Positions 35,350 through 48,699 of a stretch of 64,000 bases of DNA are shown here, one piece after another (position 1 is the stretch's first letter; every line of letters starts with the position of its first letter). Source of the DNA: Hypanus sabinus (taxonomy: Eukaryota); the NCBI RefSeq assembly GCF_030144855.1, contig NC_082721.1, positions 23,312,001-23,376,000 on the forward strand. Reading direction: 5' to 3'. Under the pieces are notes generated by a model, which was not told where the DNA came from, did no database searches, and saw nothing but the letters and a program-made list of their open reading frames with translations. The position numbers were made by a program, and so were the translations under genes.

Positions 35350-36350
35350 TCCAAAGATGAAAGTACATTTATTATCAAAGTACATATATGACAACATATA
35401 CAACCCTGAGATTCATTTTCATATTCAATAAATTCAATAACCATAATAGAATTAATGAAAGACTGTACCAACAGGGTGGACAACCAGAGTACTAGAAACA
35501 ACAAACTGTGCAAAAAGACAATACAAAAAGAAAGCAAAAAAAAAAGCAATAAATATGGAGAATATGAGATGAAGAGTCTTTGAAAGTGAGTCCATAAGTT
35601 GTGGGAACAGTTCAGTGAAGGGGTGAGTGAAGGTGAGTGAAGTTATCCCTACTGGTTCGAGAGCCTGGTGGTTGAGGGGTAATAACTGTTCCTGAACCTG
35701 ATGGTATGGGTCCTAAGGCTCCTGTACCTCCTTCCAGATGGCAGCAGTGAGAAGAGAACATGGCCAGGGTATTGGGGGTGGTGGTGGTGTCCTTGATAAT
35801 GGATGCTGCTTTCCAGCGACAGTATTCTGTATAGATGTGCTCAATGGTGGAATGGGCTTTAACCATGATGGACTGGCTGTATCCACTACTTTTAGTTGGC
35901 TTTTCCATACAAAGGCATTGGTGTTTCCAAACCAGGCTGTGACGCAATTAGTTACTCTCCAACTAGTCAGGACGAAGGGTCTCAGCCCAAAACGTCGACA
36001 GTGCTTCTTCCTATAGATGCTGCCTGGCCAGCTGTGTTCCAGCAGCATTTTGTGTGTGTTGTCCTTATAATGCTCTGGCTGTTCATTAGTGATGAGACCT
36101 GGGTAGTGGCAGGAAGTTCAGTAGTCTCACGGCCTGTGCGAGGAAGCTATTTCTCATCTTAACTGTAACTGTCCTAATGCTGTGGTAGCTCCTGCCTGAT
36201 GGTAGGGCGTCAAAGAGATTGTGGGATGGATGGGAGGGATCCTTGACAAAGCTAAGGGCTCTGCATACACAGTGCTCCTCATAAATAATGCAGATGGGTG
36301 GAAGAGAGACTCCAAATATCCTCTCAGCAGTCCTTGCAACAGACTTCACA
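35350..36350 (-). mobile_element. Rex1/Babar 3' fragments flanking a plus-strand Penelope pLTR piece (~35950-36062)
   Basis: KAASIIKD, KDPSHPSHNLF..LPSGR motifs; pLTR piece GACGAAGGGTCTCAGCCCAAAACGTCGACAGTGC...TTTTGTGTGTGTT. Confidence 0.75.
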
Positions 36351-37044
36351 CAGACTAAAGTTCTGCAGGTTAGGCTAATGAATGAACCATGTTGTTAGTT
36401 TAGATGTAATTGTGGAATTCGCAGCAGTGGCACCAGATAGCAAACTGGAGTAGAATTTCCCTCAGTGATCCTCACCAGAGAAGAACTGAGCACAATTAAC
36501 TTAAAGTATTGTGAATCTGAGGCTTTCCAAACTGTTCTGTAGTAAATACACAATGGGAGTACTGAGTTTTTAAAAAACTTTACTGCAAAAGAATGCCAAT
36601 TTCGCTGACCTGGTAAATTTATACTATCTTTCAGCTCCTCCACTTGCCCAAAACCTTGATTTTACTCTAGACTGTAATTTATTTATTTACTTATTTATTT
36701 TTCTTCTGTATTATGTTGAACATTGAACTGCTGCTGCTAAGTTAACAAATTCCATGACTCATGCCGGTAATAATAAATCTGATTCTGATTCTCTGTTCAT
36801 AGGAACAAATTCTGACCATTGCTCTGACTGATTACATCACATCTTTGACTTTTGTCCTATATTTCTTCTGGATTTTGCTTTCTTTTTGTGTGTACATGAT
36901 TTGTGTATATCAGGCCAAAGAGTAAAATAACTTTTAACTGTGAGCATTTAAAACTCTTAAACTCCAATTTGAAAAGAGCATTTCTATTGTAGAAGTGGAA
37001 CTTCTCTAACAAATAGCTTTGGTTGTTAAACCTAGATTTGCAAA

Positions 37045-38230
37045 AGAATGCTGTTTTCTGGATTTCAGTTTGGCATTCAACACTATTGTCTCACAGACCC
37101 TGGTAAGCAAACTCCTACTCCACAATGTAAATCTACACTGTGCATCTCTGTGTTGGACTATCTAACCAACAGACCTCAGATAATCAGGATGCACAATTGC
37201 TCCTCCCTCTCCATCATCCTCAACATGGTTCCCTTCCAACCCCCCCACCAGGGCGGTGTGCTGAGCCCACTGCTGTACACTCTGCTCACACATGACTGCA
37301 CGGCCAAACACCTGACTAATCACATTGTCAAGTTTTCCAATGACACAACAGTGGTGGGGTTTACCAACAACAATGATGAGATGGCCAAAAGAGAGGCAGT
37401 GGAAGAGCTCGAGGACTGCTGCCAAGCAAATAACCTTTTCCTCAATGTCAACAAGACAAAAGGAGATGGTCATCAATTTCAGGAGAACCTGCACCATTCA
37501 CACCCCTCTTTACATCGTGGCACAGCAGTGGAAACTCCGGAGTCCATATTTTACACGACCTCTGATGGTCCCTCAACACATTGCACAAAATCAAGGATGC
37601 TCTCTAATGCCTCTACTTTCTGAGGAGGCTGAAGAGCACTGGACTAAGCACATTAATACTCATGTCCTTCTACAGATGCTTAGTAGAGAGCATCCTAACA
37701 GGCTGCTTCATTGCTTGGTATGCAAACTGCACTGCGGCAGACTAGAAAGCTCTGCAATGGGTAGTCAAAACTGTCCAATGTATCACCGGCACCAGACCTA
37801 CTCACCATCAAGGACATACATACAGAAAAGTGTTAGGAAAAGGCCAGCAATATCCTGAAGGATCCCACCCACCTTACTCATGGACTGTTTGTCCCACTTT
37901 CACCAGGGTGGAAACAACATACCACCAGGTTCAGAAATAGTTACTTCCCCAAGCAGTAATACTGATCAACACTTCCACTTCCACCCACTAACTGACCCAC
38001 AACCACAACATTATCATTTCCTGTCAGTAATCTTATGTACAGAGACTCCTGTACCTAGCCAATCTATATACAGTTTATAAGTTATCTTATATATTTATCT
38101 TTATTTATTAGTATGTTCTTTATCTTATTGTGTTTTAATTTGTGCTGTATTGGATCTGGAGTAATAATGATTTTGTTCTCCTTTATACTTCTGAGCTGGA
38201 AGTTACATTAAACAATCTTGAATCTTGAAG
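37045..38230 (+). mobile_element. Rex1/Babar LINE RT and 3' end
   Basis: LDYLTNRPQ, QGGVLSPLLYTL.THDC, IVKFSNDTTVVG; (AATCTTG)n tail. Confidence 0.88.
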
Positions 38231-40309
38231 AGGTACTGATATTTGTAAATTGTTCGTTTCAACCATGAAATAATTCCTCAACTTAAATCTTCATTTATAT
38301 GTCACATTTTGGAGCTTATTAACTGACTTAACTCTGGCAAGTTGAGTAGTAGAATGGGAATGTCTAAAAAAAAGGAGGCCCTCATTATGTATTTATGTCA
38401 GTAAATTGGAATACTACGCCCAGCCACAGTAATTGAATGTGAAGCTGCAGGGTCTGTAAAAGTTTCATTTGGTGCAGAGAAATTAACAGCAAATAGACTT
38501 CTTGGTGTAGTGAAAAAAATTATCTGAAATTTAGATTAACAACCATTTGAAATCTGTAAGTCTCATTGGGAGTGAGTCACTGTTTGATGTAATGTGAGAA
38601 AGTGACATCTTACCAGGTGGGAGCCACTTGAAAACAGCAAGTCCTGTCAAGAGTGAATCATTATTTGAGCCAGTAAAAAGAAAGGAGGTGTAAGTAGACT
38701 GACCATTGGTGGAATGGCCATTGTGTGAGTGAGGTAGTGTTATAGTGGTTTGGCTTTGCCTCAGCACGTTTGGGCAAGAACAGGGTTTGGCAAGCACAGA
38801 CAAAGGCTCTAATTTAGTTTCTACTATTTTTCCCTCTTCTAGTAACAGCTAGTGCACTGAGAATGAGTCTTGAGTAAGTGGTATGCTTCTTGTGTGAGAT
38901 TGGGAATTTTGGGAGATCCCTCGTCCCCCTGATCACTACACCTGCATGAAGTGCACCCAGCTGCAGCTCCTTAGAAACTGTTAAGAAACTGGAACTGCAG
39001 CTTGATGATGTTCAGCTCACACAGGAGAATGAGCTACAGAGAGGTAGTCACCCTTAGTTTACAGGAGGTAGGTACCTGGGTGACTGTCAAGAGAGGGAAA
39101 GAGAATCCCCGTGGCCATTCCACTTAATAATAAGTATACTGCTTTAAATACTGTTGGAGTGGACCACCTACCAGGGAGAAGCGACAGCGAACAGGTCTCT
39201 GGCCCTGAGTTTGGTCTGTGGCTCAGAAGGGAGTGTTGGGGGGGAGGGGGTGGAGAAGAAGAGGTGAGCTGTAGTGATATGGGATTTGTTGGTTAAGGAA
39301 ACAGAAAACAGGTTCTGTGATGAGAGTGAGACTCTCAGATGGTTTATTGCCTCCCAGGTGCCAGGGTCAGGGACATCTTGGATGGAGACAACAGGGTTCT
39401 TAAGTGGGAGAATGAACAGCCAGAGGTCATGGTCCATGTTGATACCAATGACGTGGACAGGATGGGTAACGGGGTCCTGCAAAGTGAGTTCAGGGAGTTA
39501 GGTGCTAAGTTATAAAGGACAGGACTTCCACAGTTGTGATCTCAGAATTGTTACCTGTGCCACATGATAGTGAGGCCAGAAGCAGGAAGATCATATTCTT
39601 TAACACATGGCTAAGGAGTTGGTGTAGGAGGGAGGGTTTCAGATTTTTGGATCATTAGGCTCTCTTTCAGGGAAAGTGGGTTATATACAGAAGGGACAGT
39701 TTGTAGCTGAATTGGAAGGAGACTGATATTCTTGGGAGAAAGTTTGCTAACGATGCACAGGCGGCTTTAAAGTAAGGTTACAGAAGGTTGGGAACCAGAG
39801 CATCAGGATAGATATGGAGTGGTTCAGAAGAAAGATGTCATTAAGTCTACAAGGTCAGGAATCATAAGGTTGAGCATGGTGGCACAAATGTTCTGAGCTG
39901 CATGTATTTCAATGAAAGGAGTATTGGAAAGGCGGATGAGCTTAGACTATGGATCAGCATGTGGAGTTATTGTAGTTATAAGTGAGACTTGGTTGCAGGA
40001 AGGGCAGGACTGGCAGCTCAGTGTTCCAGGGTTCCACTGTTTTAGATGTAATAGAGTGGGAGGGATTAAAAGGGGAGGAGTGGTATTACTAGTCAGGGGA
40101 AATGTCATGGCAGTGCTCAGGCAGGACAGACTGGAGAGTTCATCTAGTGAAGGTAGAGTTGAAGAATAAGAAAGGTATGACCATATTAATGGAATTATAT
40201 TATAGCCTGCCCAACTGTCCATAGGATCTGGAGCAGCAAATTTGTAGAGAGATTGCAGACTGTTGTAAGAAACTAAAGGCTGTGATAGCAGGTGATTTTA
40301 GCTTTCCAC

Positions 40310-41162
40310 TGTTACGAATGTGCCACAACTCTGAGGGGCCGAAGGGTACAAAATAGCCCCCTCCTTTTTGAGAATCGCACGATCACTATTAAGTCAGTTC
40401 AGGAGACCCAGGAAATGAGAGAAAGACATGCAGAATCCTCAAAGAGTTTGGAATGTGTCCTGGCCTCCGAAAGGCGGAACCATTGATAACGGCTATTGTC
40501 TCTTGGAGACGGAATTGTGTATTGGATACTGTACGATTCTTCAAAGCCCCCAGGCAATGAACCGGGGGGGAGGGGGGTTGATGGAGGGATTGCATCATCC
40601 CAATCTGATTGACATCTGAGACCCTGTGAGTCAGGATAAAAGAGGGTCTGTGGGAACAGCCCCTCAGACGCACCAGAAGAAATGCTAGAATTCCTGTAAC
40701 AGCGTAATAGTGAAGCCGGTGGAAAAAGCCCACATGTGTCCCTTTCCATTTGCCTTGGAATCGGTGGGTCTTGCCACGGAAGCACAGCTTTAGCTAACAA
40801 CAACAGGGAAATCAGTCCCCCAACGACTCTCGAAGGATTGACCTCATAAAAGGAATGGGCAAGTTTAACTCTCTCTCTTGACTCCAACCAAAGGCTGCAG
40901 CCTGCAGCTTGAATGAACTAAAGTGACTTTTATATTTCCATTGGACAATACATTATCCCTTAGACAACGATAGAGCTATTTCTTATTGATTATTATTATA
41001 CCCGCGCTTTTAGATTTAGTATTGACGACGTATATTTGTATGTTTGCATTGATATTATTTTTGTGTATTTTATCAATAAATACTGTTAAAAATAGTACCA
41101 TCAGACTTCAACGGACTTCTCTATCTTTGCTAGTAAGTGACCCAGTTACGGGGTACGTAACA
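40310..41162 (+). mobile_element. Solo LTR (853 bp), TSD CCAC
   Basis: TGTTACG...CGTAACA perfect terminal inverted ends; TSD at 40306-40309 and 41163-41166; AATAAA near 41075. Confidence 0.9.
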
Positions 41163-41479
41163 CCACATATGCCCATACCGTAAAAGGGCTGGAAGGGAAA
41201 AGAGTTTGTCAAGTGTGTTCAGGAAAGTTTCCTTAATTGTAACGTAGAAGTCCCAGTGAGGGAGAGTGCGATATTAGAGTTCCTTTTAGGGAATGAGACA
41301 GGGCCAACAGCAGAAGTTTGTGCAGTGAAACACTTTGCATGTAGTGGCCATAATGCCATTAGTTTCAATGTAGTTATGGGGGGAATAAAATAGATCTGGT
41401 CCTCAGGTTGAGATTCTAAATTGGAGAAAGGCCAATTTTGATGGTATCAGAAAGGATCTGGCAAGTGTGGATTGGGAGT

Positions 41480-41679
41480 AAAAACAAAGTGCACTGCAGA
41501 TGCTGTGGTCAAATCAAGACGTACAAACAAGCTGGATGAACTCAACAGGTCGGGCAGCATCCGTTGAAAGGAGCAGTCAATGTTTCGGGTCAAAACCGAA
41601 GGGCTTCGACCCGAAACGTTGACTGCTCCTTTCAACAGATGCTGCTTGACCTGCTGGGTTCATCCAGCTTTTTTGTACA
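41480..41679. mobile_element. Fold-back Penelope-derived insertion, second subfamily
   Basis: Arms at about 41521-41591 and 41608-41678 are reverse complements; TSD TGGATT(G/A)GGAGT at 41468-41479 and 41680-41691; GGGCTTCGACCC-GAAACGTT-GACTG half of a hammerhead motif. Confidence 0.85.
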
Positions 41680-44556
41680 TGGATTAGGAGTGTTGGCTGA
41701 TAGCTTTGGGCCTGTACTCACTGGAATTCAGAAGAATGGGGAGGGGGATCTCATTGAAACCTATCGATGTTGAAAGGATGTTTCCTATGGTGGGGGAGTC
41801 TAAGACCAGAGGTCACAGCCTCAAAATAGAGGGACATCCATTTAGAACTGAGATGAAGAAGAATTTCTTTAGCCATAGAGTGGTGTATCTGTAGAATTTG
41901 TTGCCTCAGGTGGCTCTGGTGACCAAGTAATTGGGTATTTTTAAGGCAAAGGTTGGTAGATTCTTGATTAGTCAGGGCATGAAGGGATATGGAGGGAAAG
42001 TAGGAAACTGGGGCAGAGAGGCAAATGGATCAGCTGTGATGAAATGATGGAGCTGACTTGATGGGCCAAGTGACCTAAATCTGCACCTATATCTTGTCTT
42101 ATGGTTTTCTGGCAAAGGTATACTTGGTAAATGTGAGTCCTTATACAGTGAAATATTGAGAGTGCAGAATTTGTATGTTCCTGTCAGAATAAAATGCAAG
42201 GAAAGCAGGAACCTTGGTTTCCGAGAGATGTTGAGGCCTGTTTGAGGAAAAGGAGGCACACGGCAGGTATAAGCAGGCAAGAGCCAATAAGGCACTTGAA
42301 TATAAGTAATACAAGAGAACTCTTAAGAAATAAATCAGGAGCACTAAAAGAAGATATGAGTTTGTTTGAACATATAAGGTGAAGATGAATTTTAAAGGCT
42401 TATACAGATATATTAAGAACAAAAGAATAGCAAGGGACAAAATTCTTTCTCTGGAAGATCAGAGTGGTAATCTACACATGGAGCCAAAAGAGATGGGAAA
42501 GATCTTAAATGGATTTTTTGCATTTGCATTTACTCAGAACATGGACACAGAGTCTATAGATGTGAGGTAATGCAGCACTGAGTTTTATAGACCCTATACA
42601 GATCACAGAGGAGGAGGTGTTTGCTGTCTTAGGGCAAATTAGAGTGGATAAAACCCCAGTGCCTAATAAAATGTTTACTCGGTTCCTGGGAGGCTACTGT
42701 AGCAACTGCAGGGGCCCTATCAGAGATATTTAAAACATCCTTAGTCACAGATTAAGGAGAATTACAGGATAGATAATGTTGTTTCATTGTTTAAGAAAGG
42801 CTTTAAAATAAGACAGGAAATTATAGGCCAGTGTGCCTGATATCAGTAGTGAGAACGTTTTTGGAAGATATTCTTAGGGAGCAAAGACAGTATATAAGTA
42901 ATTAGATAGGCAGGGATTGATTAGGGATAGTCAACTTGGCTTTGTGTGTGGTAAGCTGTGTCTAATCAATCTTATAGAGATTTTTGAGGACTTTACCAGG
43001 AAAGTTGATGAAGGCAAAGCAGTGGATATTAACATGGTCCAGCATGGAAGGTTGGTCAAGAAGGTTCAGTCACTTGGCATTCAAGATGAGGTAGTAAATT
43101 GGATTAGACATTGGCTTCACAGAAGATGCTAGGGAGTGATTGTAGTTGGTTGCCTCTCTGACTGGAGGCCTGTGAATGGTGGTGTGCCACAGTGGTCACT
43201 GCTGGGCCCATTGTTGTTTGTCATCTATTTCATTGATATGAATGATAATGTGGTAAACTGGATCAGCAAATTTGCAGATGACACCAAGATTGGGGGAGTA
43301 GTGGATAGTAAGGAAGACTATCAAAGCTTGCAGTGAGATCTGGACCAGCTGGAAAAATGGGCTGAAAAGTGGCAGATGGAATTTAACGCAGACATGCATG
43401 AGGTGTTGCACTTAGGGAGGATCTTACATGGTGACTGGTAGGGTACTGAGGAGTGCAGTAGAACAAAGGGATCTGGGAATAGAGATCCATAATTCCTTGA
43501 AAGTGGTGTTACATGTAGAAAGGGTCATAATGCTTGTGGCATATTGGCCTTTCTAGATCAATGTATTGAGTGCAGGAGTTGGGATGTAATGTTGAAATTT
43601 TATAAGACATTGGTGAGGCCTAATTTGGAGTTATATGTGCAGTTTTGGTCATCTACCTACAGGAAAGATGAAAATAAGACTGAAAGTGCACAGAGAAAAT
43701 TTACAAGGATGTTGCCTGGACTTGAGGACCTGAGTTAAAGGAAGATTGAGGAGATATTTGATAGAGTTATACAAAGTTATGAGGGGCACAGAGAGGGTGA
43801 ATGCAAGCTTTTTCCATTGAGGTTGGGTGAGATTACAACTAGAGGTCATAGGTTAAGGGTGAAAGATAAAATGTTTAAGGGGAACATGAGGGGGAACTTC
43901 TTCACTCAGAGGGTGTTGAAGGTGTGGAACGAGCTGGATGCAGGTTTGGATAGGAGAAATTTGAATAGGTACATGGATTGGAGAGGTATGGAGGGTTACG
44001 GTCCAGGTGAAGGTTAATGAGTCTAGACAGATTAATGGTTTAGCACAGGCTAGATGGGCCAAAGGCCCTGTATCTGTAGTGTAGTGTTCTATAACTCTAT
44101 GATTGTATGAAATCAATTAATATTTAGGTTCTTACATGATGAAAACTCTCGTATTTTTTGTTCTGCAGGAAAATGAATTCTACTGTTGAAGCTAAAACAC
44201 AGTTTCATTTTTATATTCTGGCATCAATAACCTTTTTTGCCCACAATCTTGGGATAAAACTGTATTGTTAAGACCTGAGCTGAGCTTTAAATGCATACTC
44301 TTTTCATTTTCTTTAACGTTGTGTTCACTAATCTGTTGCCAAATACCCTTGTGTATCTTTGTTATCTCCAGATTAGATTTCAGTAAAATGTCCTTTATGA
44401 TCCATATTGATAAAAACATTATTTAATGAAAGTGCCTTTTTCATTTGGTATTTTAGGTTTACAGATTAAAATTCAGTATAATATGAAAATTAATGTTACC
44501 ATAATTTACAGACTGCTGAATAATTTCTTTATTTCCTTATACATTGTCCTCCTTAC

Positions 44557-47500
44557 CTGCTTTTTCTGAGATGTACATTACTTCAGTTATTGCGCATTTC
44601 TGAAAATGAGAAACATCTTGTTGCACTCCCAGCATTATTCATTACCTGTTTTGACTCTTTATCCAAACTATTTTATAAGCAGTTCTGTGCAACAGAAATA
44701 CACTGCTAATACCCTTCCTTGGTACAGTAGTGGTGGAGTATTTCACAAACACTTCAATGCAACCTGACCTTGGCTGTGGTTACTCTGCCAATTAAAATCC
44801 TAATAAACACTGACTTGCTGTTCGAAAAAAATATATGAAAGGAAACCAAATAAGATTGAAACCCTACAAGATTAGCCATTAAAGATGTCAGATTTCCAAC
44901 ATTATTAAATTCTCCAAGGCTTGAGTAAGTTGAGATACTGCAAAACCAGTCTGAGTACCCTTTGCACTGTTTATCATTTTTAAATCAAATTGTGTGGTGT
45001 GCTATCTGATGTTAATAACACCAATCTGTGTAACGTCATGTTGGTGTTTTAAAGCTTGAGCATTAGAAGATTTATCACCCTGGCTATAATATTTTCCATT
45101 AAGAACTTTTAAAAATCTGCAAGAAAAATTTAACATTACAGTTTTAAGAAGGATCAAATTTATTCTATTTCTAGAATCCTACGTGTGTAATTCTAAATAC
45201 TAAGTATTTGAAAAAAGTCTAGAAAACATGAGAACTTGGCAAATATCTGTCTTAATCATGGACTTCATATTGTTGGAAAACAATAAAACTTCAGATAAAA
45301 TTACAGGCTTGCTAACTGCAGTGGCAGTATGGAGCTGGAATAGAAGACTGATTAAATCCCACAAAAGTTCAAACTTGTGTTACCTGGAAGCAATCCCCTC
45401 TGAGTCAGAAGGTTAAAGCCATTTTGTAGATTTGCTCAGAATTTGGTAAAGGGGACAGGTTTTCATTGAAATGTATTCTGGCCAATTTTACTCTCCAAAG
45501 AGACCATAGAATCATACAAATTTGAAGACAGAATGAGCCCACTGTGGTGAAAAATTAAGCTGCTTAGGTTATTCTAACTTCTTGGCTTTCAGTACTTTAT
45601 CTTGAATGTTACTGTTCTTCTACTGTTCAACCTCGAACTGTTTAAATGTGATAAGGCCTCTGAATCTGCTTTCTGATAAAATAAGCTAAAAGATCAGAAT
45701 TAGCCATTCAGCATATTGAGTCTGCTCAGCTATTCAATCGTGGTTGATTTATTGTTTAACCTCTTTCCCACCTTCACCCTGTAGCCCATAACCCCCTTAC
45801 CAAACAAGAACCTATCAATCTCTGCCTGAAATACACCAACTGACTGGACCTTCACAGCCCTCTGTGGCAATGAATTACATAGATTCAGCACCCTCTGTTT
45901 GAAGAAATTCCTTCTCAACTCAGTTTTAAAGAGATATCTATTTATTCTGAGCTTTGCCCTCTATTCTAGACTCTCACTAATGGAAAAACCCTTTCCATGT
46001 CTGCTCAATCTAGGCCTTTCAATATCTGATATATTTCAATGAGATTTTCCCTTATTCTGAACTCCATTACATACAGGCCAAGAGACATCAAAAGCTCCTC
46101 ATATGTTAGGCTTTCATTCCTGGGATCATTCTTGTGAAGCTTCTATGGACCCTGGCCAAGGCCAGTGTATCATGCCGTGGATATGGAGCCCAAAATTACT
46201 CACACTATTCCAAATGGGATCTGATTAATACCTTATAAAGCCTCAGTAGTACATCCTTGCTTTTACAGTATAGTCCAGTCCTCTGGAAGTTAATGCTAAA
46301 TTTTCACTTGCCTTCTTTTCTACTGACTTAACCTGCAAGTTGAACTTGAAAGACTGTCGAGTATCTTTGCACCTCTGATTTCTGAGTTCTCTCCCCATTT
46401 AGAAAATAATGTACACCTTTGATTCTTTCTACAAAAGTGCTTTACCCCACATTTTCCAACTGCTACTTCTTTGCCTTCTTTCCCAAACTGTCCCAAGTCC
46501 CACTGTCCAAGACTCCCTGCCTCTGTGACACTAGCTGGTCCTCCACCTATCTTGATACCATCTGAAAACTTTTACACAATGCCATTACTTCCTTCATCCA
46601 GATCATTAACCAAAAAGACTTCCATTATTCTTTGGTTTAAACAAAAAACTTGATTACCTCATACTCTTCTATCAATTAACTTAAAACTTTGTTTCTGAAT
46701 TAACATTCTTTGTGAAAGAAAAAGTATTTCCTGTTAACTCTGTTGGGGTCACTCATAATCATCTACAACTCAGTTAAAGTTTCTCCAAATCTCCCTTTTG
46801 GAAAAGATCAACTTAAACAGTGTCTCAACATTATAAAAATTCTTCAACCCTGGCAACTTGTAACTAATTTTTCCAACTTTCAAAACCGACTATCTAGCTG
46901 TTCACTTGTTTGGTATTTGTGAGATTCTGCTCAATGCAGAAATTACTTTTTCCTACAGAAAAGTTGCTGCAACTTGAAAGAGATCCATTGATACTGCCAT
47001 GCTTTCAAATACTCTAAGTAGCAGCTAGAAAAATATCTATTTGTTTGTACATTTTTTTTGTATGGATACTGGGGGAGTAACTTAACTTTTGGAAAATTAT
47101 CTGATATGAGTGAACGAAATCCCATAAAATTTCTGATTCCAAATGATGCCAACTATAAATGCTGCACTGTACATCATTATCAGTGATTTGCATTCTCAGA
47201 TCACTGATCCTAGAACTGCAGATATGCCTGCAGAAGGTACAGACATTTCCTAGATCAGGAGATGTTGAAAGTGGAATTTTGCTTTTCTTTCCATCTTTCC
47301 CTTAAGTTTCCATGTACCGTTTTGCCTCAAACAAGGATACTGCCTCATGGAGGATGTGGAGACATTGAGGCTGATTGATCAATTGTTCATCCAAGCTTGT
47401 TTTCTTGAACCTATATTTTCACTGACTGAATCGAGAGTTTCAGAATTTTTTTAAATTCTACCACCATTTTGCTAATCGTGCCCTACATATGTAATGATAT

Positions 47501-48154
47501 TAGGTTTGCTAACCGCAAACTTTCAAACTCAATCAAAGTCCTTAAGCCCTATCAGATATGAATAACAACAAGTACTATCACTAAAGCGGATTATACTGTA
47601 TTTACCCATCTTCAAAGACTGGTTTACTTCCCTATTTATACCCACTATTTGAGCAGTGGGTCTCCTCTCCCAACCAAGGAGAAGATACTTCCAGCTAACA
47701 AAATAATTTAAAACATAGTTCCTTTATTTTCAGTGATGCACATTTAAATCCAAACAAAATTTTTTGAACACATTTAAAACTCTGAGTATTTCTATCTTAA
47801 ACATTTTCAAATTGTAAATCATTTCTAAAACACAAAGGATTTCCAAACCACAGATACAATTCCTATAAACTAAAAAGACATACCAATGATGCAGATGAAT
47901 GAAGCATATGTCCCAGAAATTGAAGCCAGAGAAATGGATTCTAGTTCACCCAGTGTTTTTTCCATAACTTCTTGATGTTCTTTACCTCATTCCTAATAAG
48001 CCTTAACTGCTCTCAACATTCATACAGTTTCTTCTACTTGAGTGACGTCACACTCATTCAGATACCCTTTTTTACATAAATGGTCTAAAAGTCTCTTGGA
48101 GGCATAGATCTCAGCCAATGCTGTAAAGCTAACTTCCTTGAGTGGATAAAACTC
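44557..48154 (-). pseudogene. Possible decayed multi-exon gene of unknown identity
   Basis: Several AG/GT-bounded segments with open or nearly open frames: 48154-48026 (or -47884), 47410-47318, 47152-47087, ~44599-44557. No family recognised. Confidence 0.3.
45690..46610 (-). mobile_element. CR1 LINE 3' fragment
   Basis: RRNFFKQRVLNLCNSLPQRAV and the CR1 tail. Confidence 0.8.
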
Positions 48155-48699
48155 CTAATTATAACAAAAACTGTAAACTATTTGATACGCTAAATGATAT
48201 TATTCATCAGGTCTGCAAGCTTCTTTGAACTAAGCAACTTAGTTAGCTTGTCTATTTTGAAGCAAGCCACATTAAATGACCTATTGTCTTATACTGCACT
48301 TCTGAGCATTAATAAACCAAGTGTGGTGAGCTACATCCTACTTCTCACAGGCAGAGCATCTGTTAACCAGCTCTATTGATAATAGTCTTAAATTCAAACT
48401 AATTGTTGCTTGTCATTCACATTTTAAAAACTGAAGACTGACTCCCATTGACGACCAAAAAATAAACAAAGCAATATTCGTTGGAAATCAACTGTTTCAT
48501 CTTACAAGGAGCAGTAGCTGTGCTTAGAGTGAGCTTAACAAAACATGACACCACTGGTCCAGGACACTAAAATAATGGTTCTGGAATAAATTCTGGAAAG
48601 ATGGCATGATAAGGGGCAACCTGTTGTGTATAGCTCTGATGAGAATCATCAAATATTTCCATTTAGGACTGATACAGCTGAAATCCATAGTCACAGCCG

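Larger units (their letters stand above)
38660..44105 (+). mobile_element. Near-full-length decayed CR1 LINE with nested insertions
   Basis: ORF1 Cys motif and esterase remnants; ISETWLQEGQDW, RGGGV.LLV, GDFSFP (APE); GPLLFVIY, KFADDTKIGG, TLVRPNLE.YVQFWS, TRGHRLRV; TTCTAT tail. Contains an LTR (40310-41162), a Penelope fold-back (41480-41679) and a second CR1 tail (~41705-42103). Confidence 0.88.

Noticed and set aside
48042-48051. Full CRE palindrome GTGACGTCAC
   Set aside because: A single 8-10-mer is expected by chance in 64 kb; no promoter context.
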